From the IMG/VR virus record IMGVR_UViG_3300017910_000383, positions 1-26,960 of that record: a stretch of 26,960 nt of DNA; one strand, 5' to 3'. Below are positions 6,983 through 16,200 of this stretch, one piece after another. Source of the DNA: a virus. Lineage: Duplodnaviria > Caudoviricetes. The translations under genes and the position numbers were made by a program. Positions within the stretch are counted from its first letter, which is position 1; every line of letters starts with the position of its first letter. Under the pieces are notes generated by a model. The model was given only the letters and a program-made list of their open reading frames with translations, did no database searches and was not told where the DNA came from.

Positions 6983-7133
6983 CCCCGTACTCCTCTATAT
7001 TGTTTTCTACTTTTTCAACGATCTGTCGCACACGCTCTCGGGACAGGCCCATACGTTTCCCTATTGCGACAAGGGTCATGTAATACTTTGTTCGCATTTC
7101 CCAGATCTGGTAGTCTCTTTGCTTAATCTTCAT
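6909..7133 (-). CDS. Sigma-70 region 4-like helix-turn-helix protein
   Basis: MTLVAIGKRMGLSRERVRQI matches the T-L-x-E-I-G-x3-G-[LV]-[ST]-RERVRQI signature. Confidence 0.8.
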   Translation of the reverse strand: MKIKQRDYQIWEMRTKYYMTLVAIGKRMGLSRERVRQIVEKVENNIEEYGDVQDIRAAGNRKNNDTAKHGRQGV

Positions 7134-7389
7134 TGTGTTCTATCCATTCTTTCAGCCCCTCGATACCCGATACCTTCTCAAGAAAGATCGGCGTGTATGA
7201 GCCCATATATGCGCCCATTACATTGAAGTTCATGTATTCGATTGCCTCCCAGATCTCGCAGTCTAAGTTCTTCTGCAAGATTTCTAGTGACTTCTGTATG
7301 TCGTACACCACGACGCTTGGTTCCCCGCATCGGTGTGCGATGCCGATGATGGCATCATCAAGCCCGTCTGCTTTCAGCATCTTTGTCAA
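7123..7389 (-). CDS. Conserved hypothetical phage protein
   Basis: LKADGLDDAIIG...VVYD...EAIEYMNFNVMGAYMG..TPIF, a pattern I recall from aquatic phages. Coupled to its neighbours. Confidence 0.8.
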   Translation of the reverse strand: MTKMLKADGLDDAIIGIAHRCGEPSVVVYDIQKSLEILQKNLDCEIWEAIEYMNFNVMGAYMGSYTPIFLEKVSGIEGLKEWIEHNED

Positions 7390-8918
7390 AATGGTGCCCC
7401 CTCTTGGTTAAATTTAGGTTTGAGTTCGACGTCTGCCGAATCAAAGCTTGGTATCGCCCACACTCGAACAGCCCGTCCTTTAATCTTGAGTACGGTGCTT
7501 TCGCCGCTTATGTCGCGCAAGCGTTGCGCGATCTTATGCGACTTAAATTCAAAAAACTTATTTTTGCGTAGGTGCGCTTCAAAGTCTCGCAACCGAAAAT
7601 ATGTGATGTTTGCGTCTTCATCTGTCCAAGGTCGTCGGAGCAGAATCTCTTCTTTGTCCTGCGCTTGCTGTAGATGCCGGCAGAACTCTTCCAGATAGTC
7701 GTAGAACTGTCCTGACGTGGAGGCATCCTGCGACACCTCCATGATGGCGCTCTCGTTGTCCCGCATTTCACCCATCAGAGTGCTAATCCGGCTCTCCCAA
7801 TTCTGTTTCGATATAGTCCGCGGCATGAAATTAAGTTGTTCCATACACGCTTTCTGAAAAGTCGCTTGCGATAGGAGCGCGTCAGTGTCGAGTTCCAAAG
7901 GCTCCCCGTTAATGTCCATAAACCAGACAGGCGGTGTCGAGTTGTATTTGCGGAGATTCGCAATCGCGGCACCCGACGCCGCCGTCGCGATGCCGAACTT
8001 GCGCGTTTGGCAGAGGTCTTTGTTGCAATGGGCACAGATCGGCGCATCTGTACAACGGTAGGCGTAATCTTTTTTTTCAAGTTGCTTCGCAACAATATTA
8101 ACTTCATTGAGTGGTAAGGGCGGCTCCAGATACTGGGCATTATACTCAAGAATTTTGCTTTCCCACTCTTCTGGGTGCGCTTTCCGTAAGTAGACCCCCA
8201 AATTGAATAACCCATTGTTCCTACCCCCTTCTGATATTTTTTCTTTACATAAATATTGTAAGCACGGCGGTCCATCTTTAATGACAACATTGGACTTATC
8301 CGATTCTTTGGTGAGCGCATCAATTTGCTCCGGCGTTTGAACGTGCGTGTCGTATAGCGCGTAAAAGTCTTTAAGCGTTGCCGAGGTGCCGTCATCTTGT
8401 ATCGCGTAGCGTAAGCCGTCTTCTGCATTGTAGTACGGCAGATTAAGAAAGTTGCCGATGTCCCCACGATCAAGATGTAACTTGACCTGCTTCGGGAAAA
8501 TCTCACTGTTACCGTAGCCAAGCGAGGTCGATATTTTTTGCAGGGTTTCCTGCATTTGCTTGGCTGTAATCCATTCGGTGACGAACAAAAAACAATGAGC
8601 GCCACCGGACTTTGACCGACAAACAATCAACGGTATCCGAGCTTGCCGAATCCGTGTAACTAAATCGGTGTGATCTAACGGGTACTGGTCGATGTCAATA
8701 CAGCCCCATTTGACATTGTTATCCTCGTTGATAGGGATAATGCCAATGCCTTTGCCCTCACCAGACAGATGCCCTTCCCAAAGAGCCGTGGTGCGTGGTT
8801 CCCGTATGACTGCCGCTTTACCGGCGTTCTTTCCGCTTTGTGTCTGTTTTTCTATTTTGAAGGTGCCATAAGCCTGCTGTAGGCCGTCAAAAATGGCACT
8901 AAACTTTTCGACTGACAT
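7386..8918 (-). CDS. Archaeo-eukaryotic primase (AEP) superfamily primase with a PriCT-like C-terminal region
   Basis: WGCIDID (motif I), SKSGGAH (motif II), EIFPKQ and GNFLNLPY, plus PriCT-like EGGRNNGLFNLG. No Walker A motif seen. Confidence 0.85.
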   Translation of the reverse strand: MSVEKFSAIFDGLQQAYGTFKIEKQTQSGKNAGKAAVIREPRTTALWEGHLSGEGKGIGIIPINEDNNVKWGCIDIDQYPLDHTDLVTRIRQARIPLIVCRSKSGGAHCFLFVTEWITAKQMQETLQKISTSLGYGNSEIFPKQVKLHLDRGDIGNFLNLPYYNAEDGLRYAIQDDGTSATLKDFYALYDTHVQTPEQIDALTKESDKSNVVIKDGPPCLQYLCKEKISEGGRNNGLFNLGVYLRKAHPEEWESKILEYNAQYLEPPLPLNEVNIVAKQLEKKDYAYRCTDAPICAHCNKDLCQTRKFGIATAASGAAIANLRKYNSTPPVWFMDINGEPLELDTDALLSQATFQKACMEQLNFMPRTISKQNWESRISTLMGEMRDNESAIMEVSQDASTSGQFYDYLEEFCRHLQQAQDKEEILLRRPWTDEDANITYFRLRDFEAHLRKNKFFEFKSHKIAQRLRDISGESTVLKIKGRAVRVWAIPSFDSADVELKPKFNQEGAPF

Positions 8919-8934
8919 AGTTGGTCCTCAAAGA

Positions 8935-8956
8935 CGGGGCACATTGCTGTGCCCCG
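8935..8956 (-). terminator. Intercistronic GNRA hairpin (partial terminator or stabiliser) between the SSB and primase genes
   Basis: CGGGGCACA-GCAA-TGTGCCCCG followed by TCTTT. Confidence 0.6.
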
Positions 8957-8962
8957 AATGGC

Positions 8963-9736
8963 TTAAAACGCAGGGTTATTAGATTTGTTTTCCTCGTCAT
9001 CCCCGTGTTTTACAACGACGTCGCCGGCCATAATGCTTTCAGCAAATTGCTTGGCTTGTTGATATAACGCCGCATCCTTGACTGGACCGATGCGGGACAT
9101 TTCCCACCCGTGCCAAGAGCCTTTTGAGTTTTCCTCACTTAACGTTTTGAGGTGATATGTGTGACTGAACCGAGCCGGTGTGAACGGCCCGTTTGCACCT
9201 TGCATTGTCAGAGACGCAACCATTGAGTTCCACTTACGGGACTTCTTCAACTGCGTAGACTTCATCGCAATCAACGCCGTTTCTGCTGAACCGTCATCGT
9301 TAACAATGATTACAAAATGCTGATGCGTTTCTTCGATGTAATCACCGTCACCGCCGACAACATATTCCTTGTTGTCATTCTCGTCACGCTTAGTCTCCGG
9401 ACGTTTGTCCTGTGGCGTGTAGATAGAAATAGGCGCACCGGTGCCTTGACCTCGCGGAGCCCACTGGATAAACCGACGCTGATACGCGCACGGTATGACT
9501 GTGACACCCTCTTTACCAGAGTAAACTTGTCCGGAGACGGTGTTCAAGATGTCACCTTTACGTCCCTCAAAATCTTCGTCATCCAGTATTGAATCGAGTG
9601 CTGAGATAATCTTGAGGAACGGTAACGCAAGATCTTCTTGCTCCATTTGTGCCCCCATGCCCGCATCTGCCTCAAATAATGAGGGATCGAATTCGACGAC
9701 TTCGCCGCCTTTCTTTTTTGCTACTGCTTTTGTCAT
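8963..9736 (-). CDS. Putative single-stranded DNA-binding/annealing protein
   Basis: Position in the replication operon, acidic C-terminal tail ending in PAF, and LALPFLKI / MKSTQLKKSRKWNS / NSKGSWHGW motifs. Confidence 0.6.
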   Translation of the reverse strand: MTKAVAKKKGGEVVEFDPSLFEADAGMGAQMEQEDLALPFLKIISALDSILDDEDFEGRKGDILNTVSGQVYSGKEGVTVIPCAYQRRFIQWAPRGQGTGAPISIYTPQDKRPETKRDENDNKEYVVGGDGDYIEETHQHFVIIVNDDGSAETALIAMKSTQLKKSRKWNSMVASLTMQGANGPFTPARFSHTYHLKTLSEENSKGSWHGWEMSRIGPVKDAALYQQAKQFAESIMAGDVVVKHGDDEENKSNNPAF

Positions 9737-10323
9737 TACTTATTCCTCTTAATAACTGCTCGTTGTCCTACCCACGCGCCAAATAGTTCCATTGGAAAAT
9801 CATCACCGTTTTCGACTCGCTCCTTTACGAAGGCACGAAGTGTCTGTGGGTGTATTTCCGTTTTCTGCTCTGCCGCGTAACCTTGCTGTGAAGCAAGAGC
9901 TTGGAACGCTGACGCTACGTCGTCTTCACCACGGCCGAAAACACACAAGACTTGATTCTTGATAATGTCGTCATAGCCGTTATCGCGTAGCCATTCATAA
10001 GCGGCGGGTCTGTCGTCTACTCGGATTGAGGCACCATACGTCTGCTTAACAGTGACGTCTGATCCGTCATCGAGGGTTAAAGACTGCATGCCCAATTCCA
10101 TCAACATAGTCGGTAGGTCTTCATCAGTCATTTTGATGAGAGCTTTCTTTTCTTCTTTGAGCGTCTGTTCCAGACTCTCAATAAGCTCTTCCTTGGTTTT
10201 GATAGCTTTCGCCAATCCGGCCACAGAACCGAGGCTTTCTTGGTCAAGCTGTTCGAGTGCAGATGAACCAGAATCCTGCTCCATCAATTTCAGCATTTCT
10301 GCCTGTTCGTTAAGCGTACTCAT
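9736..10323 (-). CDS. Conserved phage replication-module protein with an N-terminal coiled coil
   Basis: ORF track 9736..10338. The ATG at 10323 gives an ATGA overlap. WLRDNGYDDIIKN and IHPQTLRAFVKE motifs. Confidence 0.8.
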   Translation of the reverse strand: MSTLNEQAEMLKLMEQDSGSSALEQLDQESLGSVAGLAKAIKTKEELIESLEQTLKEEKKALIKMTDEDLPTMLMELGMQSLTLDDGSDVTVKQTYGASIRVDDRPAAYEWLRDNGYDDIIKNQVLCVFGRGEDDVASAFQALASQQGYAAEQKTEIHPQTLRAFVKERVENGDDFPMELFGAWVGQRAVIKRNK

Positions 10324-10571
10324 ACTTTCACTTTCCAAGCCCGAGTTTTACCATCGGACGTTTTTCTAGTGACTATTTTCCACTCTAAATGTTCGTTCTT
10401 TTTTTGCCGCGTGACCAACCAAGCTCTTAATTTGAGAGCTTCCTTTAATGTGTTGAATTCAACACTATCGCCCTCTCGCAGTTGCAAAAAAAGTTGGCCC
10501 ATTCGGCCAAAAGGTCTGCCGTTTACGGCTCTTGGTGGGACAGGTATTCCTCTTTCAATTATAAAAGTCAT
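10320..10571 (-). CDS. Small basic protein, possibly DNA-binding (IERGIPVP...L.EGDSVEF...RAW)
   Basis: GGAG RBS; first gene of the leftward replication operon. Confidence 0.7.
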   Translation of the reverse strand: MTFIIERGIPVPPRAVNGRPFGRMGQLFLQLREGDSVEFNTLKEALKLRAWLVTRQKKNEHLEWKIVTRKTSDGKTRAWKVKV

Positions 10572-10607
10572 GCTTATTTCTCCGTGTTTGAAGGCACCGT
10601 CTGGGCC

Positions 10608-10648
10608 TTGACAATACGAGATATTATCCTACAATAAGCAAATGTCAA
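10608..10648. promoter_or_regulatory. Overlapping oppositely oriented promoters: + TTGACA-N16-TACAAT and - TTGACA-N16-TAATAT
   Basis: CCTTGACA...TGTCAAGG inverted repeat in the 89-nt gap between the divergent genes. Confidence 0.7.
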
Positions 10649-10660
10649 GGGGAACGTTGC

Positions 10661-12115
10661 ATGAAATACAAAAATTACGAATTTAAGACTGAGCCGTATG
10701 AGCATCAGCTTAAAGCACTCGCAAAATCGTGGGATGTAAAGTTCTACGCGTTGTTTATGGAAATGGGTACAGGAAAGTCTAAGGTCGCCATCGATACGAT
10801 GGGAATGTTGTACGAGAACAACTTGATCGATTCGGCTGTTATTATTGCACCCAAAGGCGTTTACGATAACTGGTTGCAAAAAGAAATACCTACACACCTG
10901 CCAGATCGTATAGAAAGAAACGTGATCCGTTGGGTGCCGTCATCTGCCAAGAGCTATCAGGCAGAGCTTGCCGAGATTGTTTATAAGCCCTTCGATGGAA
11001 TCAAGATACTGATTGTCAACGTCGAGGCGTTTTCTACCCCGCGTGGCACACGTCTGGCGGAGGAGTTCTGCACCAAGAACCCAAACAATATAGTCATTGT
11101 TGACGAATCAACGACAATAAAAAACCGTAAAGCACGGCGGACAGTCAACATCATGTCTCTGATGAAAAAGAGTAAGTACCGACGCATTTTGACAGGGTCT
11201 CCAATTACCAAGTCACCAATGGATTTGTTTAGCCAGTGCGCGTTTTTGTCTCCCAAGGCTCTTGGCATACCCTCTTATTACGCATATCAGAACCGCTACG
11301 CGGTCGTAGCAAGACGCACAATGGGTCATAAGACCTTTAACGAGATCACCGGCTACAGGCGCTTAGATGAGCTAAACGCGAAGCTGGACCGGTTTAGTAA
11401 CCGCGTATTGAAGACTGATTGCTTGGATCTGCCGGATAAGATCTATCTGCGACGCAACGTGCGGCTCACAGACGAACAGTTGAAAGCCTATAAGCAGATG
11501 CAAAAGCTTGCGCTTGCCAAATTAGAATCGGGTGAGTTATCCACAACAGCGTCTGTTTTAACTCAGATCATGAGGTTACAGCAGATTTGCTGTGGACATT
11601 TACCGGATGACCAAGGCACTTTACATCCCCTGAAAAACAACCGCATGACTGAACTGATGGACGTGATCGAAGAAACATCCGGCAAGATAATTATCTGGGC
11701 TACGTTCACGCATGACCTCAAACAAATACAGGCTGAACTGGCAAAGAGGTACGGCGAAGAAAGTGTGCGGATGTACTTTGGTGAAACCGCGCAGGATGAT
11801 CGGCAAGAGATTGTTGATGCCTTCCAAGACCCTGACAGTGATCTGCGGTTCTTTGTCGGTCAGCCGCGTACAGGCGGTTACGGCATCACTCTGACTGGTG
11901 CGAACACCATGATCTATTACAACAACGGGTATGACCTAGAGATACGATTACAGTCAGAGGATCGGGCCCACCGGATTGGCCAGACGGCTAACGTTACTTA
12001 CATCGACATCGTTACGCCAGACACAGTAGACGATAAAATACTGAGTGCGTTACGTGACAAGATTGATATCGCAGGTGAGGTGTTAGGCGAAGACACTAAG
12101 TCGTGGCTGATTTAA
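10661..12115 (+). CDS. SNF2-family (SF2) helicase/ATPase
   Basis: MEMGTGKS, VDEST, LTGSP, GGYGITLT, QSEDRAHRIGQ. Confidence 0.95.
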   Translation: MKYKNYEFKTEPYEHQLKALAKSWDVKFYALFMEMGTGKSKVAIDTMGMLYENNLIDSAVIIAPKGVYDNWLQKEIPTHLPDRIERNVIRWVPSSAKSYQAELAEIVYKPFDGIKILIVNVEAFSTPRGTRLAEEFCTKNPNNIVIVDESTTIKNRKARRTVNIMSLMKKSKYRRILTGSPITKSPMDLFSQCAFLSPKALGIPSYYAYQNRYAVVARRTMGHKTFNEITGYRRLDELNAKLDRFSNRVLKTDCLDLPDKIYLRRNVRLTDEQLKAYKQMQKLALAKLESGELSTTASVLTQIMRLQQICCGHLPDDQGTLHPLKNNRMTELMDVIEETSGKIIIWATFTHDLKQIQAELAKRYGEESVRMYFGETAQDDRQEIVDAFQDPDSDLRFFVGQPRTGGYGITLTGANTMIYYNNGYDLEIRLQSEDRAHRIGQTANVTYIDIVTPDTVDDKILSALRDKIDIAGEVLGEDTKSWLI

Positions 12116-12783
12116 TATTGCCGAGGCTTGCCATAGTTCATTAGCGACATGATGCCTCGTGAGAGAGGACTGTCTAAGTCTCCCGCATATAGATCCCGAC
12201 TGAAACTAACGCCCGGTGTTTCACCAACGTTAAAAGTTAGTTTTCCGCCACCGGCAGGGGCGGAAAACTGTTTATTCTCTAAAAAATTATAAGCGTCACT
12301 TAGTGCCTGCATTTCAGGGCTTGTCTGTTGAATTTGCTTGGCTTGGTCAAATGCCTGCTGTGCGTTTGTAATCGTTTGTGCAGGAGTTGCACCAAGCGGC
12401 GTATCTGTAATCGTTTGACCAATTCTTTGAGCGTCTTTCAAAAGATTACTTACACTGAAAACAGGCTCTTTCTTTTTATTAGCTAAGTATTCAGACATGA
12501 AATAAGAACGAGCTTCTGGTTCCGGAGCGGGCATCGCTTGACCGGATAAGTTGACCTGACCTTGAAACGGACGTGAGTAGTCTTCGACAACAATACCGCT
12601 AGATAGGGTTTTTGTGTAATTTGGAATGTTTTGAACTTCAGCCGGTTTTGTGTTGAAATTAACAGTGTTTCCCCGACTGTCTGTAACCGTGTTTTGACCA
12701 GCCCTGTTTACTTTCGATCCTTGCCCTACCTGTTGGTTTGAATAGGCATCGTCTGTTGTAGATCCGCTTTTATCTCCAGCCAT
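12112..12783 (-). CDS. Hypothetical low-complexity protein, probably virion-associated, 223 aa
   Basis: Last gene of the structural operon. Carries the C-terminal GIMSL motif shared with the internal virion proteins. Confidence 0.7.
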   Translation of the reverse strand: MAGDKSGSTTDDAYSNQQVGQGSKVNRAGQNTVTDSRGNTVNFNTKPAEVQNIPNYTKTLSSGIVVEDYSRPFQGQVNLSGQAMPAPEPEARSYFMSEYLANKKKEPVFSVSNLLKDAQRIGQTITDTPLGATPAQTITNAQQAFDQAKQIQQTSPEMQALSDAYNFLENKQFSAPAGGGKLTFNVGETPGVSFSRDLYAGDLDSPLSRGIMSLMNYGKPRQY

Positions 12784-12792
12784 ATCTAAACC

Positions 12793-13215
12793 TTAATGTA
12801 TCGTCACGCTTTCTGAAGGTCTTCCAACCCGGCCTAACTTTTTACCTCTTGCCATTCTCACAAACAAGCCTTCACTTGCCAAGGTAGTGTGACAATCCAG
12901 ATAAGACCGACACTTCTTTGCAATGTCAAAAGCATTGTTATAAGGGGCTATAAAATCAATGACATAAAGCTGTCCTTCAGCTTCGTCTGTTTCCCAATCC
13001 TCGGGTTGAATTTTTCGGCCCCCGTTAAGATAACCTTCTTCCGCTTCAGGAGTTAAAAAAGTGTAACTGAACAGCCCCACGGCTAAATCATCTTGATAAC
13101 AAAGCACCAATCTTCCGTTGTTAATGGCAGGAAATATAAGACGTTCCATATCGGTTGCACTGTAGTCACAGTGCCACTCAGACATTTCCATCAAGTCAAA
13201 CACATCCTCGATCAT
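12793..13215 (-). CDS. RTX toxin-activating lysine-acyltransferase (HlyC/CyaC/RtxC family) homologue
   Basis: S12-x-x-H15, IFPAI, SYTFL...E..Y, EDW, YVID87FIAPY and R120 align by eye with the HlyC family motifs S-x-x-H, LPAI, SWA.L, EDW.SG and W.IDWIAPFG. Confidence 0.85.
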   Translation of the reverse strand: MIEDVFDLMEMSEWHCDYSATDMERLIFPAINNGRLVLCYQDDLAVGLFSYTFLTPEAEEGYLNGGRKIQPEDWETDEAEGQLYVIDFIAPYNNAFDIAKKCRSYLDCHTTLASEGLFVRMARGKKLGRVGRPSESVTIH

Positions 13216-16200
13216 GAGAAAAGGCTTCCAATACCGCCACTGCCGCCGGCCGCTTGTAAAAGCGGATCGTTAGGGAACAAGGCCGCTAACTGCTGTCGTT
13301 GTTGCGGATTCGCTCCACCCTGTGGCTGTACAGGAGCCGGTGCGGGAGCCGCCGGCCGTGGTTGAATTACCGTCGGCGTTGGTTGTGCGAACCGCTGTGC
13401 CATCAGATTCAGCTGTGGTGCTTGGACCGATGCCTGTGGTGCAAAGGACTCTTCAGGCGGTATAAACTCTTCGTCTTCCTCAATTTCTCGGATAGCAATA
13501 GGTAATCTACGACCAACCTGTTTTGCCAACGGGCTGAACACCGCTTCAAAAACAGTCAAAGCTTTATCCAAATCTTTCTTGTCTTTTATTGTTTTCAATC
13601 CTTCGGCAAGCAGTTTCGGATTACTAAATATTTCCGTCATGATTTTAATGCGTTGGGTCTCCGGGCCGCGTAACAGTAATTGCTGTGTTAACTGAGAGCC
13701 CGTTTGTTCTGCGATTAAGCCACCACTCATCTGAGGCAAACCAATCAACTGCTTTAACTTTTGTTGGAAAGCCGTACCGGCTGTAGCTCCCCCTATTTTT
13801 ATTAAAAAAGACTTGGATAAGCTGGGGGTTTTAAACAGTACATTGTCAAAGTTGTTAGTAGCAAAAGCCTCTTGTATGCCCCTAAGTTGCTTTACTTGTG
13901 CCGATAAATCATCTATGTACTTTTGATCGGCTAAACCTTTTTCAAGCATAAATTTAGTTAAAGTCATATTCAGGTTAGCCGGCGCTTTATCTATCGGTCC
14001 AAATAAAGTTTTTTGTAAGCTATCGCCATTAGGAAGTCCGACATTGTTGTTGGATTTAGTCAAAGCGTGGTTGATGATTGCTGATCGAAAACCTTTTAAA
14101 GCACTTTCTTTTGAGAAGCCTTGTTTTGCATATTCGGCAGGGCTTGTTTTTTCAATCATGTTAAACAATTCAGTCAAGGCTCTCACGGGTCGTTTGGATG
14201 CAAGAGCTTCGCTGACTGCTTTTCCCGGATCGTCATACTGTAGTGCGAACTGAAAAGCTTGATTTTTGTAGTATTCATCAATTTGAGCATCAGTAAAGCC
14301 GGCTTGCCGTGCTTTTGGAATACTCAAGCTGTTTGCTGGATCGTTTAAAAAATTATCGAAAGCTCGTTGGGCAGACTGAGCATCTTTTAAATCTACTTGT
14401 AAATCAGGCAGTAAAGCCATTAGCTCTTTTGCCCCAGATTGTTTTTTAAAAGTAGCCAGTTTTACCGGGTCAACCTCGAAAACTTCAATCTGTTGGTTGG
14501 GATCATTCGGATTCCGTTTAACTTTTCTCGTCATGATTTTACTGAAAGAATCCCGTAAGGCTTCATCTAAAATACGAGAGGCCGTCATGTTCTGTACTTG
14601 ATTTTCTGTAAAACCTCCTTCCTTAATTAAGAACTTTCCTGCCGCCTGAATTTGTTCATACCGTTGAACTACAGCCCGCGGAGTTCCTTGAAAAAACTTT
14701 TCAAGAAGTTCTTCAGGAGATAACTTCAGTCCTCGTGATTTATCTGTCGCTTCCAGATTAGATAAAAATGTTCTAGAAAAAACATTATTACGAGCAAACG
14801 TATACGCTCTTGCGGTATTGTAGGCGGCTGTAGCATCATCTTTTTGTCCCGTTAAATCTCTAAGCACCGCATCGGCAAGTTTTGAAATGCGCCTTGCCCT
14901 TTGCACCTTGCCATCTTTTCTTAGAGTGGCTGATTTTTCTAGGAGACCGCTGTACATCAACCAAAACTTTTCCGCTCTAGCCGGGTTTCGACCTTCACCT
15001 CGTTGAAAAAACGTGCGTAGGTCATCAATGTCAGCAAGATAAGCGCCTACATCGCTATTGAAATCCTGCTGTGCCCCTTTAGACGAAAAGTTTAAACCCC
15101 CTCGTATTGAGGGTCTGTCTAAAAGTTGTAGAGTATTAGGTTGCTGTATTTGTTTACCGTTTTTAGCAAAGAATTGAGTTAGTGGAAAACTTTTCAGAGA
15201 CTGCCAAAGGTCATTTTCTCGACGCTTACCTAAAGATATTTGCTGTTGTAAAACCTCGTAAAGTTTTTCGGACAAATCAACTCGTTGGCTCTCTGCGGTC
15301 GGTTCTCTACCCAAAACTTTAGTGGCTGATGTAGTTAATCGGGTAACCGCGTTATCAATACCGTTGATAATATTTTCTTCAAATAGGGCTTGCTGTATTC
15401 TTGCCGCCGCCGTAACTGCTTCAGGATCTCCCGTTTTAGCCAAAACTCCTATAGCATTGATCGCTCCCATAGTGAGTTCTTCTTGGCCTTTTCCTGTTGC
15501 CGCTTCTAACTCTTTACTATTTTTTTGTAGTTCATTTTGAAGGGTCCGTATGGTTTTTGATAAAGGTAGTCCCGACGTTTCTGCCAAATCAGCGGCAGTA
15601 AGGTTAACAGGGTTACCATCTGCATCTATTGAAGCTTTATTTAAACCATCAATAAAAACGGCTAATTTTTCATCCGCCGTAATTATTTCGCCGTTTGCTA
15701 ATTTTTCATCAGCATATTCCTCAGATCTTTGTATTGCAGTGTAGATCCGTTGAAAGGAGTCTTCTGTAACGCCCTCTGCTAACAAACCGTCAACATTATC
15801 TTTTTTTCCGTACCATTCTTTAACTTTGCCAAAGACCCCTTTTACAGCGGGTTTTCCGAAATCAGCCAATACTTGAACAGGGAAAGGAATGATGAAAGAA
15901 AAGGCAACCTCAGATCCCAATCTAGTAGCGTCGTCGTAAGGATCAATATTTTGTGCTACTACCGCACCCAATGCTGTACCACCCGCTACAGTGGCTTCTA
16001 AACCTAAATATGATTTTGGGTTTTCTCTGGCTAGTTTTTTGGAAGCCTGTATGCCTTTTTCAACTCCGCCAATCATTCGGGCTGTCGCAGGTCCTTTTCT
16101 TGGATCAAGTATATATCCGGCTGGATTAAATTTGGTTAGTCCAAGATTAGTGCCCAACGCCCCACCAAACATTTCACCTCTGGTTGCATCGGTCCTAGCT

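Noticed and set aside
7775-8626. 283-aa alternative-frame ORF inside the primase
   Set aside because: Arg/Ser/Cys-rich shadow-frame composition with no RBS or motifs. The other antisense ORFs nested in long genes were rejected on the same grounds.
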